64,000 nucleotides of DNA, from the IMG/VR virus record IMGVR_UViG_3300031949_000031, positions 312 through 64,311 of that record; one strand, given 5' to 3'. Positions 60,252 through 64,000 of this stretch are shown here, piece by piece. Below the pieces are notes generated by a model. That model did not search any database. It worked only from the letters and a program-made list of their open reading frames with translations, and was not told the DNA's origin. The stretch is from a virus (Duplodnaviria; Caudoviricetes). A program made the position numbers and the translations under genes. Within the stretch, counting starts at the first letter, position 1, and the number at the start of each line of letters is the position of its first letter.

Positions 60252-60536
60252 ATGACTATGACAGGAAACATCGGTGCAAAAGCTGAACAGCCGTATTACA
60301 GTGAAGCCCTGGAGAAACTCTCTGTTTTGGCGGACGAGATTGGCAAACAACTGGGCGAACTGGAGAATAGAATCAGTGTAGTTTCGTCCCCCGATGGGGC
60401 TGTCCCTCAGTCAGAAGCCCAAAAAGAAACACGCGGTCCTATCTCCTCGTTGGACGAAAGGCTGTCTTGTCTGGTTGGGCAATTCACTGTTCGTCGAAAC
60501 GACTTAGGCATGATTCTACGCCGGATTCAACTGTAA
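60252..60536 (+). CDS. Hypothetical coiled-coil protein
   Basis: AAAGGA RBS. Confidence 0.6.
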   Translation: MTMTGNIGAKAEQPYYSEALEKLSVLADEIGKQLGELENRISVVSSPDGAVPQSEAQKETRGPISSLDERLSCLVGQFTVRRNDLGMILRRIQL

Positions 60537-60794
60537 CTTTGAAGGGACTCCCCCGGTCCCGGGCATGGACGCTTGTGTAGAACGGGGCCGGGGATTTTGA
60601 ACTATGGCCTCATCGTACCTATGGACGGGAACGAGGTTTGTGGCAACGTGGCACTACCGCGTCGATACGTATCGTCAGGACATCGACATTGCCAAAGACC
60701 CGCAAGTGCTCGCCGAGCGAGTGGCCTATGAGGCACGCCGGCACAATGGGTTGCCGGTGGAACGCGAGAGGGTTTGGTTTGAGGATAACTGAGC

Positions 60795-61061
60795 ATGAGG
60801 ACATCGAAAGCATATTTCAATCGCTTCAAGAAAGAGTTTGTGCGATGGCAGCAGTTGCTCGGGCTGACGCAGTATCGGATTGATTTCTTCCACGAGAAAC
60901 TCGAACATAGCTATGCGCAAATTACTGTTCGACAACTTGAAAAAGCGGCTCGTGTAAGTCTCAGTACTGAAATCAGCGAGGATTCAGCGGCCGTGGATGA
61001 AGGGCCGGAATCGAGCGCTCGCCATGAGGTTCTACACCTGTTGCTCGACCGCTTATGGTAG
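60795..61061 (+). CDS. Small HExxH metallopeptidase-like protein, possibly prematurely terminated
   Basis: WQQLLGL, ARHEVLHLLL. Confidence 0.55.
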   Translation: MRTSKAYFNRFKKEFVRWQQLLGLTQYRIDFFHEKLEHSYAQITVRQLEKAARVSLSTEISEDSAAVDEGPESSARHEVLHLLLDRLW

Positions 61062-61144
61062 CTGGGAGTTTCACGGTATATCGAGGGGAACGATCTTCAG
61101 GAAGAAGTTGAAGCCATTGTGGTTCGCTTGGAAAAGGTATTGAA

Positions 61145-61513
61145 ATGATTGTGATTGTTGACGACATACGAGAGCGAGTGACTATACTCGGTTTTACCTC
61201 GACGCAATTCCTGCAACTGTCGGCGATCATTCGGCTGGCGAGGATTCGCGGCAGTGCCCAGGTGCGTCGAGTGGCGGCGGGGTTGAACCTCTTCGTGCCG
61301 CGCATCTACGACAGCGAGACCGGCATGGCGGCGGTTATGCAGTTGACGTGGGAAGACGTGTTCGGCCTCAACTATGTGATGATGTGGCTGCTGGACCTGC
61401 TGTCGCAACCGCACGAACGCCTTATCGCCGACGAGATTGTCGAGACTATCGACGCGGCGATTGAGAGCGTGATTCATTTGGACCAGCTCCGGGACAGATA
61501 CTTGCCGGGATGA
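61145..61513 (+). CDS. Hypothetical protein
   Basis: ORF in operon. Confidence 0.55.
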   Translation: MIVIVDDIRERVTILGFTSTQFLQLSAIIRLARIRGSAQVRRVAAGLNLFVPRIYDSETGMAAVMQLTWEDVFGLNYVMMWLLDLLSQPHERLIADEIVETIDAAIESVIHLDQLRDRYLPG

Positions 61514-61519
61514 ACACCT

Positions 61520-62203
61520 ATGAATCAGGAAGACTTTGAAAAGGAGTTCGTAGGCAAAATCCATTGCGCAGATTGTTTGGAGCTTATGAGGGACTGGCCC
61601 GACGGCTGCGTGGATTTAGTGCTGACCGACCCGCCGTATGGGATAGACTTTGGAAAAGCCGGAGGCTTTTGCGCGTCTCACGGTTGGGGGCCGTGGAGAG
61701 AGAATGTCGAGTGGGACATTGAGCGGCCACCAAAAGCCGCGTTTGACTTGATGTTACGTCTTGGCAAGCACCAGATCATCTGGGGCGGCAATTATTTCAC
61801 CGATTATCTTCCACGAACAATGCGATGGCTTGTTTGGGATAAGGGACAAAGAGAGTTTTCGTTGGCGGACTGTGAGTTTGCTTGGAATGATGAATGGAAA
61901 GCGTCCAGAATTTTCAATTATCCACGCGGTTGCGCTCTCAAGGATGGCAAGCAACATCCAACGCAAAAACCTTTGGCTTTAATGGAATGGTGTTTGGATT
62001 TTTACCCGGATGCTGCAGTAATTCTTGACTGCTATTCTGGCGTAGGCACAACCTGCGTCGCCGCCAAGAAGTTAGGCCGTCGGTTCATCGGGATAGACAT
62101 TTCGCCGGAGTATTGCAAGATTGCCCGCGAGCGCCTTGAGGCTTGTGATACAGGTGTGCCGGTCAAAGAGGCAAGAAAAGGACAAGGAGCGTTATTCGTC
62201 TAA
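61520..62203 (+). CDS. DNA N6-adenine/N4-cytosine methyltransferase (beta class)
   Basis: TDPPYG, HPTQKP, D.YSGVGTT. Confidence 0.93.
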   Translation: MNQEDFEKEFVGKIHCADCLELMRDWPDGCVDLVLTDPPYGIDFGKAGGFCASHGWGPWRENVEWDIERPPKAAFDLMLRLGKHQIIWGGNYFTDYLPRTMRWLVWDKGQREFSLADCEFAWNDEWKASRIFNYPRGCALKDGKQHPTQKPLALMEWCLDFYPDAAVILDCYSGVGTTCVAAKKLGRRFIGIDISPEYCKIARERLEACDTGVPVKEARKGQGALFV

Positions 62204-62550
62204 TGCCAATTCTTACGAAGTCCGAACTCGAACGCATCAAGCGCCAGGCCCGCTGCGAGGGCAGGCGCGAGGGCCGGCGCCGCTCCCAGAAGCTCATCAA
62301 CCAGCTCAGTGGGGCGATGGCCGAGGTCAACAGTCTGCTCGGCGAGATCGACTTCGAGTGGCCGCGCACCGGTGTCACCATCAGCTTTGCGATGGCGGAC
62401 AGGATTATCGCGGCGCTCAAGCCCTCGGCGACGCAAAAGGCCCGCACGCGGCTGGCCGGTGAGCTGCGGCGCATGGTCATGGATTCGACCTGCGAGCTGG
62501 GCATGGACCTGGCCCGCGTCGAGAATGAGATGAGAGAATTGATAGGGTAA
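62203..62550 (+). CDS. Hypothetical protein
   Basis: TAATG coupling to the methyltransferase. Confidence 0.6.
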   Translation: MPILTKSELERIKRQARCEGRREGRRRSQKLINQLSGAMAEVNSLLGEIDFEWPRTGVTISFAMADRIIAALKPSATQKARTRLAGELRRMVMDSTCELGMDLARVENEMRELIG

Positions 62551-62571
62551 GGTCGTGGCCATTCAAGTCTT

Positions 62572-62790
62572 TCACCCCTGTGCGGAGGGCGATTGAGAAT
62601 GGGTGAATTCGATCTTGCCGTTCAATTCGACGAGCAGGCATTGCAGGTAATCCGCCGTGAGCGCCCGCTTGCCGGCGAAATAGTCGTAGAGCGTTTGAGG
62701 GTGACATTCGATTCGACGAGCCATCGCCGGGGTGCTGATCTTGCGGCGGGCCATCTCTTTTTTGATCTGTTTGCGTAAATCAACTTTCAC
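62572..62790 (-). CDS. XRE/Cro-like HTH protein, last gene of the minus-strand operon
   Basis: ISTPAMARRIECHPQTLYDYFAGK. Confidence 0.85.
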   Translation of the reverse strand: MKVDLRKQIKKEMARRKISTPAMARRIECHPQTLYDYFAGKRALTADYLQCLLVELNGKIEFTHSQSPSAQG

Positions 62791-62861
62791 GGATTAAGTT
62801 CCTTTCAAAATCCCGCCCCCGGCACGCGCCAAGGGGCGGGGTTAAAAATGCTCAGTATGGT

Positions 62862-63185
62862 TTACGGCTCGGCCAGGGCGATAGCGGCCTTTACAATTTC
62901 TGCACACTCGTCTAACGCTTTTTTCCGAGCCTCCAATTTCGGGGCTTCGTCACGCACCCATTTTTTGGTCGGTGGACCTTGATACGCACAGGCTTCGAGA
63001 GGCCCGGCACACATAAACGCCATCGACGATATTTTTTTGCACGCTTCCAGCAGGGCGTCGTGAGATTTGATCGCTCGGATGATATACGCATAATCAATTT
63101 CACGGTCAGGCAAATCGCTTGCCTCGATACTTAACAGCATAAGGCCAAAATGGGGAGGCCATTTGACGGGTGTTTCCATGTTCAT
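62862..63185 (-). CDS. Small early protein (cassette array)
   Basis: METP start; HDALLEACK and AIALAEP. Confidence 0.75.
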   Translation of the reverse strand: MNMETPVKWPPHFGLMLLSIEASDLPDREIDYAYIIRAIKSHDALLEACKKISSMAFMCAGPLEACAYQGPPTKKWVRDEAPKLEARKKALDECAEIVKAAIALAEP

Positions 63186-63463
63186 TCTCCTTTGGGCTCG
63201 GCCAGGGCGATAGCTTGCTGCACCATGACGTTGAGTTCGTCCGAGCCACCCTTCACGTTTTGTAATTCGATATCTTGATAAACAGCCTTCAATGCTTTGA
63301 GTTGCATAGATTCTTCGTTAATATTCCCCGCTATCGCGGTCGCTAAAGCCTCATGGGCCTCTTGGTCTTTATTCGTCCAGCGTCCCCGCGTTAAGGCTCG
63401 CCGTTGAGAATTAGCGTAGGCCAGTTTGCACGCGGTAAGCAAATTTATCTGTTTCGTTTCCAT
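63182..63463 (-). CDS. Small early protein (cassette array)
   Basis: METK start; LLTACK and AIALAEP. Confidence 0.75.
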   Translation of the reverse strand: METKQINLLTACKLAYANSQRRALTRGRWTNKDQEAHEALATAIAGNINEESMQLKALKAVYQDIELQNVKGGSDELNVMVQQAIALAEPKGE

Positions 63464-63510
63464 GTCATTCTCCTTTTAAGCGGTTACGGATTGTAACCGA
63501 TTCAAAAAGC

Positions 63511-63720
63511 TCAATCATCGTCAAATTCATCCATCGCGTCCGTCACGGCCATATCCCTGAGTACCTGGTCAGTGGCCTCTTCTGAGTCGTCATGTGCGAC
63601 CGGGCGGGTGTCGGCGTATCGTTCCGCCAAGCATTTGGGGCACTTCCAGCCCAAGCCTGTCCGCCATTGCATATCGACCTTGTGAGTTTCGCACGTCGGA
63701 ACGATTCGTTCAGTTTCCAT
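63511..63720 (-). CDS. Small acidic Zn-finger-like early protein (cassette array)
   Basis: METE start; CxxH...CxxC; acidic tail. Confidence 0.75.
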   Translation of the reverse strand: METERIVPTCETHKVDMQWRTGLGWKCPKCLAERYADTRPVAHDDSEEATDQVLRDMAVTDAMDEFDDD

Positions 63721-64000
63721 TTTTAACCCTTTCGATTTGCCCTCGCGGGCGACCCTATTGAGTTGTTCAAACTACTAATCTATATATACGGTTATATTAG
63801 ATTGTTGTCAACAGCTTTTTTGGAGATTTCGTAAAAATATCTGCAAAGCTCGGATTCCAACTCAGAAACGCGGATTTCAGCGAAAGATTTCTTGTAAGAT
63901 TTTTTACGCTGTGTTAGCGTTTAAGTGATTTTGTCCTGATTGCCGATATTGGGGGCATGGCTAAAAAGAAATGTGAAACTGAAACTGAGGACCTGACGGG
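63713..64000. repeat. Imperfect direct repeat, right copy (matches 477-720); contains minus-strand promoter 63783-63811
   Basis: Direct alignment by eye. Confidence 0.95.

Larger units (their letters stand above)
1..64000. mobile_element. Near-complete tailed (podovirus-like) bacteriophage genome
   Basis: terS-terL-portal-scaffold-capsid-tail-ejection-recombination-replication-lysis gene order; no host housekeeping genes; the two ends are homologous. Confidence 0.95.

Noticed and set aside
62572-63720. Integron
   Set aside because: No tyrosine recombinase and no attC-like R-box structure; the shared blocks are RBS and spacer homologies
63713-64000. Exact circularisation overlap
   Set aside because: The copies differ by substitutions, an indel and adjacent gene content
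1-64000. Alternative genetic code
   Set aside because: Core genes are full length under code 11, and all three stop codons are used

Overview
The window is a nearly complete (~63 kb) tailed dsDNA phage genome of podovirus type. It has a P22-like terminase and portal, an N4-gp56-like major capsid protein, a gp10-like tail hub and ejection proteins. Spanin-like and outer-membrane-protein genes point to a diderm host. Gene order on the + strand is: packaging, a 12 kb glycosylation cluster, tRNA, scaffold/capsid, tail, a giant polyvalent ejection protein, an early promoter, a ~1 kb structured non-coding region with a tRNA, vWA + adenylosuccinate-synthetase-like genes, RecE/ERF recombination, replication initiator, RuvC, lysis and a DNA methyltransferase. 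A minus-strand array of small genes occurs at both ends in two different versions. I found no integrase, DNA polymerase or canonical CRISPR array. The top candidate for a new system is at 56.4-57.9 kb: a stand-alone 192-aa RAMP/Cas7-like gene directly followed by a 600-nt non-coding array of about 100 in-phase GA-NNN pentamers, punctuated into 10 units by a GARCRC end motif. This looks like a guide-RNA array with a non-contiguous code. All family assignments come from motifs recognised by eye; no database searches were run.
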